The notes under the pieces were generated by a model that was not told where the DNA came from, made no database searches, and saw only the letters and a list, made by a program, of their open reading frames with translations. The position numbers and the translations under genes are program-made. DNA of 64,000 nucleotides, taken from a virus (lineage: Duplodnaviria; Caudoviricetes). The stretch is from the IMG/VR virus record IMGVR_UViG_3300035703_002708; one strand, written 5' to 3'. Each line of letters opens with the position of its first letter. Positions within the stretch are counted from its first letter, which is position 1. This document shows positions 10,969 to 21,217 of this stretch, in pieces.

Positions 10969-12411
10969 TTACCTTATTTGTGCGGGTGGACAAACCACAC
11001 TATCATCAATAGTTGTAAATGTAACAACACCGCTTGCATCAGTATTTCTACCTGCGGCACTACTGGGTGTTATAGTTGGTGTTGGCGTCGGTGTCGGTGA
11101 AACATTCTGAACTCCAAAACAAAAATTAACATTCTGGCAAATGTTACCTGATGGGGTTATACTTGGTGTTGGTGTTGGAGTCGATGTTGGTGCGGTATAA
11201 CCTGATGTTGGTGTTACCGTCATTGTTGGAGTAATAGATGGTGTTGGCGGAGCAATGTCACAATCAAAATATGCCGCCAAATCCAAAACACTACAATCAT
11301 TAGTTGGTGATGGGGTTGGTGTTGGACAGATATTAGATGCAAAAAACTCATTTGCTAAGTTTGGAGTTGAACTAGAACATCTATTACCACCAAACAAAAT
11401 ACATGTACCACCAATTGATGTGGATAAACACCATCTTGTTTGACCTGTGTTATAGTAAATTACACCACCATTGTCTCCGACATACACAGTATAACCATCG
11501 TAAGTACCACCTGATGTATAATTACCATCGTATTGTGAGGTAGAATAATACCCTGTTGATAAACAGTAACTAGCCGCGGAAAAATTGAAAAAAGATGTTA
11601 TGGAACCTGGAGATTGACTGAATCCAGTGTAACTCGAGTTTCCGAAATCATAACCATTGGTGAAACCGGTATTGAATGTGTCAACTTCGACTTCTATAGT
11701 ATTCGGACCAGTGGTATCCAAACCCATAAAATAAGTTTTACCTGAATATTCTATAGTACTTAGAATTTCTAAATATGTAGTATTGTCAAAAGAAAAATCA
11801 TTTACTAATGTTCCACCAGTTGTGAACTCAGATATATAGTTAATAGTTTTATCAGCTTTCATACAAGCCACAACAAATGTGTTTTTAAGTGAATTGTATG
11901 ATATATCATTTATTGTTCTTGATTCAGGTAATGTAAATAATAATTCACTTGTAAAACCTGAACCTATGATAGTATGTAAGTAAATTGTTGAACCCGAACC
12001 ACCAACCAACATAGTGTTACTCAAGGCACCTAAACCCTCAAACGCCGTAACACCACTTGATGTTAAAAGTCTATTGAAAGTTGTCGCAGGAAAATCTGAA
12101 AAAAGTCCATTAAATAAAATAGGAGACAGTTCTAAATCAAATTCAACTAAATCAGTGCCACCTGTATAGACCCAAATTTTGTTCAGGGTATTTGCAACCT
12201 CGCTGACATCACCACCTAATATAGAACTAATATCAATTTGATAATCGGTATTAGGATTAAAGTATCCAATTTTTGCACCATTTACATAAAATACTGATGC
12301 TGAATTGAAACAGATAAATGTTGTTGATGCTGAGGTTCCTGTGTAATCACCTGAACCATCATTCATTAAGGACCAATTTGTTATTAAACTACTACAATGA
12401 CTACTACTCAT
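10969..12411 (-). CDS. Ser/Thr/Cys-rich protein with Pro-Thr linkers (putative adhesin/structural)
   Basis: Track ORF begins at GTG 12441; ATG 12411 directly after the upstream stop is the likelier start; three PTPTP linkers. Confidence 0.6.
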   Translation of the reverse strand: MSSSHCSSLITNWSLMNDGSGDYTGTSASTTFICFNSASVFYVNGAKIGYFNPNTDYQIDISSILGGDVSEVANTLNKIWVYTGGTDLVEFDLELSPILFNGLFSDFPATTFNRLLTSSGVTAFEGLGALSNTMLVGGSGSTIYLHTIIGSGFTSELLFTLPESRTINDISYNSLKNTFVVACMKADKTINYISEFTTGGTLVNDFSFDNTTYLEILSTIEYSGKTYFMGLDTTGPNTIEVEVDTFNTGFTNGYDFGNSSYTGFSQSPGSITSFFNFSAASYCLSTGYYSTSQYDGNYTSGGTYDGYTVYVGDNGGVIYYNTGQTRWCLSTSIGGTCILFGGNRCSSSTPNLANEFFASNICPTPTPSPTNDCSVLDLAAYFDCDIAPPTPSITPTMTVTPTSGYTAPTSTPTPTPSITPSGNICQNVNFCFGVQNVSPTPTPTPTITPSSAAGRNTDASGVVTFTTIDDSVVCPPAQIR

Positions 12412-12415
12412 ATTT

Positions 12416-12652
12416 TTAACATTCAAGATAAGTTGTGCCACTTAGTTTAGTTACTGAACACCCATTGGAGTCAATAATTTTGACCGCAAAATCCGATAAA
12501 TTCAAGTATATGAAAGGTAATTCAAAACTATATGGAATTTGTCCACTTGTGAATTGAGAAACCCAAGTACAATTTGTAACATTATCATCACACACATACA
12601 CATTGAAAGGGGATTGTCCCGTTACACCACTAATAACTATATTTGTTGGCAT
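12416..12652 (-). CDS. Small Cys-containing protein, paralog of N-terminal domain of 5582-6325
   Basis: NIVISGVTGQSPFNVYVCD vs NIIISSITGLTPPYEIYVCD; TATTTAT upstream on minus strand (12670-12676). Confidence 0.65.
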   Translation of the reverse strand: MPTNIVISGVTGQSPFNVYVCDDNVTNCTWVSQFTSGQIPYSFELPFIYLNLSDFAVKIIDSNGCSVTKLSGTTYLEC

Positions 12653-12702
12653 AGATTTAACTTATGATTATAAATATAACAGGTAGGAAAAACTTGTGAA
12701 TA

Positions 12703-13638
12703 TTGATTGGAGTTAATTTTTTTGGTATATTTGTGGTTGTGCAAGACGAACAAGAAATAGTTGTAGATATCGTTAGAGGGTTCTTGGGTAAAGAAAAACT
12801 TCATTACGAAAGTAAGGGTCAGTATTCCTTTAACTGCCCCTACTGTGACCAAGCCCAAAACAAAGGGAACTTGGAGGTCAACGTATTCAAACACGTTTAC
12901 AAATGTTGGGCCTGTGGCGATTCAAACGGAACTCACGGAGCACTTGGAAAATTAATTGACGAGTTCGGAACCAAAAAACAAAAGAAAATATACTCTTTAT
13001 TCAAACCCGAAGAAGAGAAAAAACAAGAACCAAAAAAACCGAAGTTCAGATTACCTGAAGGTTACACACAATTCAAGGACTCAAACCCAGTTTATCCTGT
13101 TTACAAACAAGCAATCAATTACCTCAAAGAACGAAACATCAGTCAAGAAATTATAGAAAAATATAAAATAGGATTCTGTGACCAAGGTGATTTTATGGGA
13201 AGAATTATTATACCCTCCTTTGATAAAGACGGAAATCCAAATTACTTTATCGCTCGTTCTTGGAATAAAACTACAAGGTCCAAATATAAGAACCCCCAAG
13301 CCGAGAAAGATAAAATCATATTCAACGAAAGTTTAATTGATTGGGATAAAGACATTTACTTGTGTGAAGGGGTATTTGATGCTGTGTTTTTGGAAAACTC
13401 GATACCGATGCTTGGAAAATCTATGTCAAAGTTGTTATTTGAAACACTTTATGAAAGGGCTAACCGAAACATAATCATCGCTTTAGATGGAGACGCTTGG
13501 AAAAATAGTGTGAAGTTATTTCACGAATTAAATGGGGGTAGATTATTTGGAAAAGTAAAAGTCCTAAAACTACCTGAAGACAAAGATATATGTGATTTAC
13601 AAGGTAAAATCGAAGAGTTCTATTTTGATATTAAATAA
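12703..13638 (+). CDS. DnaG-type DNA primase (Zn finger + TOPRIM)
   Basis: CPYC...YKCWAC zinc finger, GRIIIP, LCEGVFDA, IALDGDA; true start probably GTG 12739 downstream of TATATTTG. Confidence 0.85.
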   Translation: MIGVNFFGIFVVVQDEQEIVVDIVRGFLGKEKLHYESKGQYSFNCPYCDQAQNKGNLEVNVFKHVYKCWACGDSNGTHGALGKLIDEFGTKKQKKIYSLFKPEEEKKQEPKKPKFRLPEGYTQFKDSNPVYPVYKQAINYLKERNISQEIIEKYKIGFCDQGDFMGRIIIPSFDKDGNPNYFIARSWNKTTRSKYKNPQAEKDKIIFNESLIDWDKDIYLCEGVFDAVFLENSIPMLGKSMSKLLFETLYERANRNIIIALDGDAWKNSVKLFHELNGGRLFGKVKVLKLPEDKDICDLQGKIEEFYFDIK

Positions 13639-13665
13639 TTTTTCCTTACCTTTCAAAAAAATACT

Positions 13666-14433
13666 ATGGAAATACTTTTAGAATTAAATAAGTTCGCTCA
13701 CATAAAATATTATGACGAACCACACAAATATTTTGTCAATAATAAAGAATTAACAAGTGCTACCACATTTATCGGTAAATTCAAAGATAAGTTCGATACC
13801 GAAAATATCGCCGAAAGTTATGCTGCCAAAAGAGGTCTTGATGTTCAGGATGTAATTAATGAGTGGGATTTGAAAAGGGATGTATCAACTGTGAAAGGTT
13901 CTTTGGTTCATAACTTTGCCGAGAACTGGTGGTATAATAAGGTGTTTCCTTATGACCCTCTTCCTATTGTTAGAAAGTTTGGTCAAGATATTATCAAGGA
14001 GAAATTCGAGAAGTGTGTTGATATCTTTAAGAAGTTTTATAACGATGCAAAAGAAAACCTGATTCCTGTAAAGATGGAGTTTGTTGTCGGTGACCTTGAT
14101 TATGGAATCGCTGGTATGGTCGATTGTTTGTTTTACAATAAGAAGTCGGGAAAATTAGAGATTTATGACTATAAGACAAACAAAGAAATCAAAACCAAAA
14201 ACACTTATGGGCAATACTTCAAAACTCCCATATCACATCTTGATTATTGTGAATTAAATACTTACTCTTTACAACTGAACCTTTATAAACACATCATAGA
14301 GAAAAATACAGGTTTAGAGTTGGGTAACTTATATTTGATTTGGATAAATGAAGTTAATGACACCTACAAAGTAATTCCTTGTAAAGACCTACAAGCAGAA
14401 ATCAAATTAATGTTGGAAACAATAAAAAAATAA
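13666..14433 (+). CDS. PD-(D/E)xK exonuclease (Cas4/RecB-like superfamily)
   Basis: KGSLVH, IAGMVDCL, IYDYKT, QLNLY motifs. Confidence 0.75.
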   Translation: MEILLELNKFAHIKYYDEPHKYFVNNKELTSATTFIGKFKDKFDTENIAESYAAKRGLDVQDVINEWDLKRDVSTVKGSLVHNFAENWWYNKVFPYDPLPIVRKFGQDIIKEKFEKCVDIFKKFYNDAKENLIPVKMEFVVGDLDYGIAGMVDCLFYNKKSGKLEIYDYKTNKEIKTKNTYGQYFKTPISHLDYCELNTYSLQLNLYKHIIEKNTGLELGNLYLIWINEVNDTYKVIPCKDLQAEIKLMLETIKK

Positions 14434-14445
14434 AATATATAAATT

Positions 14446-14682
14446 ATGGATTTAGACATCGGAAAACCAAAGATTGATTTGAGAGACCAACCAACCGTGA
14501 CTTGTGATAGTTGTGGTAGTATGTTCTTCAAAGAAGTTGTAATCATCAAACGAGTTTCAAAACTATTAACCGCAACCCCGAAAGATACTGACGTTCCTTT
14601 TCCAACCTATATGTGTGAAAAGTGTGGTCATGTAAATAACGAATTTAACCCATTCGCAATCGAAGTCGAAGATGATAAATAA
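14446..14682 (+). CDS. Small zinc-ribbon protein
   Basis: CDSC...CEKC. Confidence 0.6.
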   Translation: MDLDIGKPKIDLRDQPTVTCDSCGSMFFKEVVIIKRVSKLLTATPKDTDVPFPTYMCEKCGHVNNEFNPFAIEVEDDK

Positions 14683-15451
14683 AATAGTCCATTTTTCTGA
14701 TTTACACATCCGTCTATTCAAAGACCACGACCTATATAAGAAAATTTTGGTCGATGCTTTCGAACAGTGGAAACAAATCGCACCTGATAGGATTGTCTTT
14801 ACCGGTGATTTGGTTCATAGTAAAAACCAAATGACTCCTGAATTAGTTGAATTCGTGGCGTGGGTTCTGACTGAATGTTCGAAAATCACAAAAACTATCC
14901 TTATTATCGGTAATCACGACTTTCTCGAAAACAATCAATCAAGGTTGGATGCTCTTACACCGATTATCGATTCCTTGAAAGATGAAAATGTTGTATATTA
15001 CAAACAACGAGGAGTTTACGAGGATTCGAACATAGATTGGGTTGTGTATTCATTAACTGACCATAATATACCTCCATCGATACCAGACTCAAATAGATTA
15101 AAGATTGGTTTGTTTCACGGACCGGTACAAGGATTATCAACGGATGTGGGATATAAGTTTGATTCAGGGTTTGAATCATCAAAGTTTGAAGGGTGTGATT
15201 TGGTATTATGTGGTGACATACACAAAAGACAGGTGTTTGACATACCAGGAGGAAAGAAGGCTTATATGATTGGGTCCACCATCCAACAAAACTACGGTGA
15301 AACAATCAACAAACACGGATATGGAATTTATCATGTTGACCAAAACAAATATGAATTTGTTGACCTAGTAAATCCAAAACCATTTTTATCATTCAAAATA
15401 AACTCAATAGACGATTTAGTAGATGGAACAGAACGACTTGTCAATGCTTAA
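14672..15451 (+). CDS. Metallophosphoesterase, SbcD/Mre11/gp47-like nuclease subunit
   Basis: SDLH, TGDL, GNHD, FHG, GDIH motifs; near an SbcC-like gene. Confidence 0.85.
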   Translation: MINKIVHFSDLHIRLFKDHDLYKKILVDAFEQWKQIAPDRIVFTGDLVHSKNQMTPELVEFVAWVLTECSKITKTILIIGNHDFLENNQSRLDALTPIIDSLKDENVVYYKQRGVYEDSNIDWVVYSLTDHNIPPSIPDSNRLKIGLFHGPVQGLSTDVGYKFDSGFESSKFEGCDLVLCGDIHKRQVFDIPGGKKAYMIGSTIQQNYGETINKHGYGIYHVDQNKYEFVDLVNPKPFLSFKINSIDDLVDGTERLVNA

Positions 15452-15821
15452 ACTATCGGACTCAGACTTACAAAATGTTCAAAAGTTTTGTGAATTAAAT
15501 AATATTGAAGATGTAGAGAAATATATTCAGTATTGTTTCAAAAAGGGTTATGCGATAGACAAATACGGACTCATTAACGGAAAGGAACCTGAAGTTATTG
15601 AAATTGAAGTAGAGAAAATTGTAGAGAAAATTGTAGACAAACCCTGCGATGATACCAAGATGAAATTATTGGAGGGAACTTTACAGACATTAAAAAAAGA
15701 ACTATCTTTAAAAAACGAAAAAATAAACCAACTTGAAGAGATGGTAACCCAATTCAAGGATGTGGTATTATCACGGGGAGCCATTTACCATTCAAGTTCA
15801 AATTTAAATTCAAGAGTATGA
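15423..15821 (+). CDS. Hypothetical coiled-coil protein
   Basis: ORF in co-oriented operon with overlapping neighbours. Confidence 0.55.
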   Translation: MEQNDLSMLKLSDSDLQNVQKFCELNNIEDVEKYIQYCFKKGYAIDKYGLINGKEPEVIEIEVEKIVEKIVDKPCDDTKMKLLEGTLQTLKKELSLKNEKINQLEEMVTQFKDVVLSRGAIYHSSSNLNSRV

Positions 15822-16177
15822 CAGCATTAATTTTATGGATGATTTTAGCCTACGGTACCGCAAATGTTGTGGTGTATGGTAAAATCTTCGCAGGATTCAG
15901 ACAAACCATTTATGACATCGGTAACACAAACTTACCATTCGCATCAGGATTCAAGTTTCTATCAGAAATGATACAATGTATTATGTGTTTCGGCGTTTGG
16001 TTGGGATTTTTCTTAGGAGTGGCAGTATATTCACCAGTACACGAAATACTCGGAGTAAACCCTTATGTATCATGGTTTTTTGATGGTTTATTATCATCAG
16101 GAGCCGCATGGGCAATCAACGCAGTAATCGAATGGTTCGAAGTAAATAGACCAAATAATAACAATCAAAATCATTAA
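15818..16177 (+). CDS. Small membrane protein with CxxC
   Basis: Three hydrophobic segments; CIMCFGVWLG. Confidence 0.6.
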   Translation: MTALILWMILAYGTANVVVYGKIFAGFRQTIYDIGNTNLPFASGFKFLSEMIQCIMCFGVWLGFFLGVAVYSPVHEILGVNPYVSWFFDGLLSSGAAWAINAVIEWFEVNRPNNNNQNH

Positions 16178-16181
16178 TATT

Positions 16182-16388
16182 ATGCCAAGAGCTAAACACA
16201 GAAAAGACCAAAAAAAGAAGTCTCGAGCAAGAACTCAAAGAATTCAAGGACAACAGAAAAACATGCAGGCTAAAATGCAAGAAATGTTTATGAAACAACT
16301 TGAGGAAATCAGAGCACAATCATCAGGTGAAACAGAAAATCAATCAATCCAAGACGCTGAACTTATTCAGCCCACCACAGAACTTTAA
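16182..16388 (+). CDS. Small protein with basic N-terminus
   Basis: MPRAKHRKDQKKKSRARTQR, then Gln/Glu-rich helix. Confidence 0.55.
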   Translation: MPRAKHRKDQKKKSRARTQRIQGQQKNMQAKMQEMFMKQLEEIRAQSSGETENQSIQDAELIQPTTEL

Positions 16389-16398
16389 TTATAAAACC

Positions 16399-18732
16399 AT
16401 GAAACATAAATTGGACATAGAAAATTTGGATAATCCTTACGTGCAAGTAGTTTGGGAGGACACTCCTGAAAACTTTACACAAGAGAAAATCAAAAGTGTT
16501 AAACAATACTTTCAAAAGAAGTATTTGTCCAACAATGTTAATGTTATCACAAAGGTAAAACCTGTTGAAGATACTGATGTCCAATCGGTCGACATATCAT
16601 TCAACATTTTAGACCAGAATTATCAAAGGGAACTTATCAAGTCGTATCTAAAAAGTAAATCAGCCGACGACCAGTACGACAATATTCTTAAGATTGATTC
16701 TCAGGTTGAAAACAAATTGGTGTTAAATGAAACAGAAGTCACACCTTTCAAAAAATGGTTTATCAAAAGAATTGAGTTTTCGAACTTTCTATCTTATGGT
16801 GATAACCAAGTTTTAGATTTCGATAAGTGTGATGGAATAACCGTAGTAGAATCAGACCCTCCGAATTTCGGTGGTAAGACGGTCCTTACTGTAGATTTAT
16901 TATTATTTTTATTTTTCAACACTACCACCAAAACACAAAAGGCGGAGGAAATCTTCAACAGGTTTACTGATAAAAACAAAGTTTCAGTCAGAGGTGATAT
17001 TCTAATTGATGGTGAGGAATATATCCTTGTACGAACGATTGAAAGAAAGTTATCAAAGGCGGGAGAATGGAATGTAAAAACCAATTTGGATTTCTTTAAG
17101 AAATTATCAGATGGTTCGTTACAAAACTTCACAGGAGAGCAAAGACGAGAAACAGAGAACTTCATTAAAAAATCTATCGGAGAGATGGATGACTTTTTGA
17201 TGACAATTCTAACAACAGCCTCAAACTTGGAGGACCTATTGGAATCCAAACCAACGGCAAGAGGACAAGTGTTATCAAGGTTCTTGGGATTGGAATCACT
17301 AAAGAAAAAAGAAGAAGCAGGTAAAGAACTCTATAGTGAATTTTCAAAATCTATGTTGTCAAACATTTACAATACGGAATCTTTGAAACAAGAAATAGAG
17401 GGGTCAGAAAGTAAAATCATAGAGAACGAAACAAAGATTGGTTCGAATGAAAACCTGTTAGAAGATGTTAAACAACGTATTCAAAAAGGACAAGAATACC
17501 GTGACTCTCTTATATCTCAAAAACATACAGATATTGATAATGCAATTGCGATATTGAGTCCTGATAAGTTAAACTCTGAAATTGAGACACTTAAGTTAGA
17601 CAATACAAGATTGGTGTCTTTAATCAATTCAATCAATGTCGTTGAGCCATCTTCATATTATAAAGAAGACGAGCACGACAAAGTCAAAGAATTGTATAAT
17701 GTTGAGTTAAGAAAAAAATTCGAAGTTGAGTCAAAGATTTCAAACTTGAATGAACTGGCGAAATCTGTGTCAGGAGGTATTAAGTGTGAACACTGTGGTA
17801 TCGAACTACTAAACGCCGAGATAACAAAATCAAAGTTATCAGAACTCGCAGGACTTACTACGCATAAAGACCAAATAGTTGAGTTAATGAATGATTTATC
17901 AGACAAAGAAAAGTCATTCACACAACTTAAAAAGGAGTTTGATGAGTACGAAAAAAACAAACTCATTAAAGAAAAACACGAAGTATCTGTTGAAAGTAAT
18001 AATTTGAAAATTGAATCTCTCAACGATAAACTTGCAAAGTACAATCAAATCCAAGTCAAAATTGAGGAGAACAAACAAATTGAAAGTAAGTTAATTAAGG
18101 CTAACTTACGTATGGATGAACTTAACGGAGAACAAAGTAGATATACAAATGAGATTGGTCAGTTAAGATTCCAAAACGAAACACTCAATAAGAAAATCAA
18201 AGATAATTTCTCTATGATACAGAAAATATCAGAGGAGTCATCAAAAGAAAAAATCTATAAGTTGTATTTGGAAATCTTCGGTAAGAATGGTATCACAAAG
18301 TCGATTATGAAAACTATGATGCCAATAATAAACTCAGAACTACAAAGGCTACTTCAAGATAGTTCATACTTCAAGTTGGAAATCAGAATCAATGACAAAA
18401 ACGAAGTTGAGTTTATAATGATTGATAACAATACACAAGTTGAGAAACTTATGACATCGGGCTCAGGTTATGAAAAGACAATCGCATCACTTGCCTTGAG
18501 GTCCGTATTAAGTAAGATATGTTCATTACCAAAACCAAACATTATTGTTATGGATGAGGTCTTCGGAAAGATATCAAACGAAAACTTGGATATGGTTTAC
18601 GAGTTTTTCAGTAAGATTAAAGACTATTTTGAGAAAATTTTCCTTATCACACACAACCCTTTAATTTCTAATTGGGGTGATAATGTGGTGAAAATAAAAA
18701 AAGAGGATAATATTAGTAGAGTTATTCAGTAA
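16399..18732 (+). CDS. SbcC/Rad50/gp46-like ATPase with N-terminal extension
   Basis: IEFSNFLSYG start of ABC domain, PNFGGKT Walker A variant, coiled coil with CEHC zinc hook, SGSGYE signature, IIVMDEVFG Walker B, LITH. Confidence 0.85.
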   Translation: MKHKLDIENLDNPYVQVVWEDTPENFTQEKIKSVKQYFQKKYLSNNVNVITKVKPVEDTDVQSVDISFNILDQNYQRELIKSYLKSKSADDQYDNILKIDSQVENKLVLNETEVTPFKKWFIKRIEFSNFLSYGDNQVLDFDKCDGITVVESDPPNFGGKTVLTVDLLLFLFFNTTTKTQKAEEIFNRFTDKNKVSVRGDILIDGEEYILVRTIERKLSKAGEWNVKTNLDFFKKLSDGSLQNFTGEQRRETENFIKKSIGEMDDFLMTILTTASNLEDLLESKPTARGQVLSRFLGLESLKKKEEAGKELYSEFSKSMLSNIYNTESLKQEIEGSESKIIENETKIGSNENLLEDVKQRIQKGQEYRDSLISQKHTDIDNAIAILSPDKLNSEIETLKLDNTRLVSLINSINVVEPSSYYKEDEHDKVKELYNVELRKKFEVESKISNLNELAKSVSGGIKCEHCGIELLNAEITKSKLSELAGLTTHKDQIVELMNDLSDKEKSFTQLKKEFDEYEKNKLIKEKHEVSVESNNLKIESLNDKLAKYNQIQVKIEENKQIESKLIKANLRMDELNGEQSRYTNEIGQLRFQNETLNKKIKDNFSMIQKISEESSKEKIYKLYLEIFGKNGITKSIMKTMMPIINSELQRLLQDSSYFKLEIRINDKNEVEFIMIDNNTQVEKLMTSGSGYEKTIASLALRSVLSKICSLPKPNIIVMDEVFGKISNENLDMVYEFFSKIKDYFEKIFLITHNPLISNWGDNVVKIKKEDNISRVIQ

Positions 18733-18754
18733 GAATATTTATATTTGCACCACT

Positions 18755-21178
18755 ATGATGACAAGCAGTATTACAAAATTATTCGAGATAGCACACAACG
18801 AAAAAGACGTTGAAAATGCTTACAGGTATGCGTTCCTTAATCAATATAAGGATTTTGAAATTACTTCACCTTTTGGTTGCGATGGATTCGGAGTGTCAAA
18901 GACAAACAAAATTAGAGTTCTATTAGAATTTAAGGATGATTTGGATTTAAGTAACAAAACAGAATTGGCAAAAGTTATTGCTCAATCAATCTACTACACC
19001 AAAAAATTCTATGACCAAGGAACAATACCGCCTTCTACTGTCTTTATCGGTGATAGAAATGAGTGTCTAACTTTTCATGTTAATGATATTTTACCGTATT
19101 TGGAGTTAGATTTAGATTGGAGCATTGCACCATCTTCGGCTCATAGGAATATCGATTTGATATCTAAAATATCAGATGATGACAATATTCGACCATTCGT
19201 GTTTGATTATAAAGATTTTCCCGACTGTATTAGAAAAGTCAAAGAACTTACCGATAATGTACAACGAAAAGTTTTGGTCACAGACAAAAACATCACAGAA
19301 GTTTTCAGGTATTTCTATCAAAAAGTAATTCCAAAAACACATCTGGACACAAATCAAAGAGCAAATCTGTTTGTACAGTTGTTAGTCAATAAAGACGACA
19401 ATTATCTGCATCCGTCAAAAAAAAGAAAAACTGTTGTTACCAAGTCTTTTGGTGAAATTCAAATCTCATCGAGAGAAGCATTCGATTCTTTTTTTTCTCA
19501 CTTTTCATCATCTTATACACCATCGCAAAAACATAAATTGTCTGCTGTTGTTGACCGTATTGTAGAAGACACAACTCGCAGGAAACAAGGTGAGTTCTTT
19601 ACTCCTGCTATTTGGGTTGATAAAGCACACGAATATATTGCTTCTGTATATGGCGAAGATTGGAAAGAAAAATATGTGGTTTGGGACCCAGCTTGGGGTA
19701 CAGGAAATCTTACCCGTGATTACAAGTTCAAAGAACTTTATTGTTCAACTCTAATTCAATCGGACATTGATACTGCAAATCAGATGGGATATAACCCTGA
19801 AGCCGTAAAGTTTCAATATGATTTTCTGAATGATGATTATAATCAATTACCAATTGGTTTGAGAAACGCTATTGAAACAGGTAAACAAATTATTGTTTTG
19901 ATGAATCCACCTTATGGAACCGCTGCAGGTAATAAAAGCGGAAACATAAAAAAAGATATTTCATCAAATAGGGTTTATGAGGAAATGATTTCTGAGAACA
20001 ATTGGGTCGATGCTCAAAAACAATTATTTACTCAATTTTTGTACAGATTACAAAAAATCAACTCAAATCGAAATATTTCAATTTCACTCTTTAGTTCTCC
20101 TATTTTTATCACAAGTAAGAATTATTCTAAATTTTATGAATTTTTTACTCAGTTTTATGGTTTTCAAAAAGGGTTCATGTTCGATTCAAAAAATTTTGCA
20201 GATGTTTCAGAAAATTGGGGAATCTCCTTCACAATTTTTTCTAATAACCTTAACCATATTCCTGTAAAAATTGATTTATTAAATCTAAATGAAAATTTCG
20301 AAATTTCGAAAATTTCAGAGAAAGAACTGCCATCCTTCAATTCAATTTCAACGGCTAATTCTTGGATAAGAGAGAATATCAAATATAAAAAAATAGATTT
20401 TCCACAATTATCATCCGCGTTGAATGTAAAACAAAAAGGTGGTGGGGCTTGGGAAGAAAATGCTATTGGTTTTTTCTATAATGCTGGAAATAGTGTTGAG
20501 ACAAACGCAACAAATCAGGCATTGTCTACCGCACCTCATCATGGCGCAGCACAAGGCTTTCCTTTCAAAAAAGAAGATATTGGAAAAGTCCTCTCCACTT
20601 TTACCGCAAGAAAACTTATTACTTCAAATTGGAGTAATAGTAAAGACGAATATTTGAAACCAAAATTGGACTCAGAAAAGTTTTTAATTTATAGTGGAGA
20701 CTCGATTGTATATTCATTATTTAATTCTTCGTCTAATCAATCCTCACTTCGTCAAGTTAATTACAAAGACCAACTATGGGATATCAAAAATGAATTCTTT
20801 TGGATGTCTGTCGATAAGATGAAAGAACTTGCGGACCAAAACGGATATGATGAACTTTACAACGACGCAAGGACATCTTCAGACCGTCATGTTTACAAAC
20901 TTCTTTTTGGTGAAGAAAGAATATACGACAAACTTTCTCCTGATGCTAAAGCAGTTTTAGATAAAGCAACAGAACTTGTTGAAAGGTCAATGGAAGTCCG
21001 TCAGGTTATGGCAAATGATGAGAACCACTTAAACTCTTGGGATGCTGGATATGCCCAACTCAAACTTGCATGGAAAGAATACTTCCAAGAAGAGTTCAAA
21101 GAGTTCCGTCAATTATACAAAGCATTGGAAGATAGAATCAGACCATTAGTATATGAATTAGGTTTTCTAAAGAAATAA
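18755..21178 (+). CDS. Restriction endonuclease-N6 adenine methyltransferase fusion (type IIG-like)
   Basis: N-term DG...LLEFK PD-(D/E)xK-like; GEFFTP, VWDPAWGTGN (motif I), MNPPY (motif IV), C-terminal probable TRD. Confidence 0.75.
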   Translation: MMTSSITKLFEIAHNEKDVENAYRYAFLNQYKDFEITSPFGCDGFGVSKTNKIRVLLEFKDDLDLSNKTELAKVIAQSIYYTKKFYDQGTIPPSTVFIGDRNECLTFHVNDILPYLELDLDWSIAPSSAHRNIDLISKISDDDNIRPFVFDYKDFPDCIRKVKELTDNVQRKVLVTDKNITEVFRYFYQKVIPKTHLDTNQRANLFVQLLVNKDDNYLHPSKKRKTVVTKSFGEIQISSREAFDSFFSHFSSSYTPSQKHKLSAVVDRIVEDTTRRKQGEFFTPAIWVDKAHEYIASVYGEDWKEKYVVWDPAWGTGNLTRDYKFKELYCSTLIQSDIDTANQMGYNPEAVKFQYDFLNDDYNQLPIGLRNAIETGKQIIVLMNPPYGTAAGNKSGNIKKDISSNRVYEEMISENNWVDAQKQLFTQFLYRLQKINSNRNISISLFSSPIFITSKNYSKFYEFFTQFYGFQKGFMFDSKNFADVSENWGISFTIFSNNLNHIPVKIDLLNLNENFEISKISEKELPSFNSISTANSWIRENIKYKKIDFPQLSSALNVKQKGGGAWEENAIGFFYNAGNSVETNATNQALSTAPHHGAAQGFPFKKEDIGKVLSTFTARKLITSNWSNSKDEYLKPKLDSEKFLIYSGDSIVYSLFNSSSNQSSLRQVNYKDQLWDIKNEFFWMSVDKMKELADQNGYDELYNDARTSSDRHVYKLLFGEERIYDKLSPDAKAVLDKATELVERSMEVRQVMANDENHLNSWDAGYAQLKLAWKEYFQEEFKEFRQLYKALEDRIRPLVYELGFLKK

Positions 21179-21182
21179 AAAC

Positions 21183-21217
21183 AAAAAACCCCATCCTTTT
21201 AGGTGGGGTTTCTTTTT
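21183..21217. terminator. Bidirectional intrinsic terminator
   Basis: AAACCCCAT-loop-GTGGGGTTT flanked by A and T runs, between convergent genes. Confidence 0.75.

Noticed and set aside
6905-11330. CCAACA/ACACCA-type DNA tandem repeats (around 6905-6950 and 11070-11330)
   Set aside because: They simply encode Pro-Thr linkers inside proteins.
12411-12441. Programmed frameshift joining 12416-12652 to 10969-12441
   Set aside because: The overlap comes from the track's GTG start; an ATG at 12411 follows the upstream stop by 4 nt, so two ordinary genes explain it.
13666-14433. Cas4 as part of a CRISPR system
   Set aside because: Stand-alone PD-(D/E)xK nuclease in a replication block, without the Cas4 Fe-S cysteines and with no array or other cas genes.
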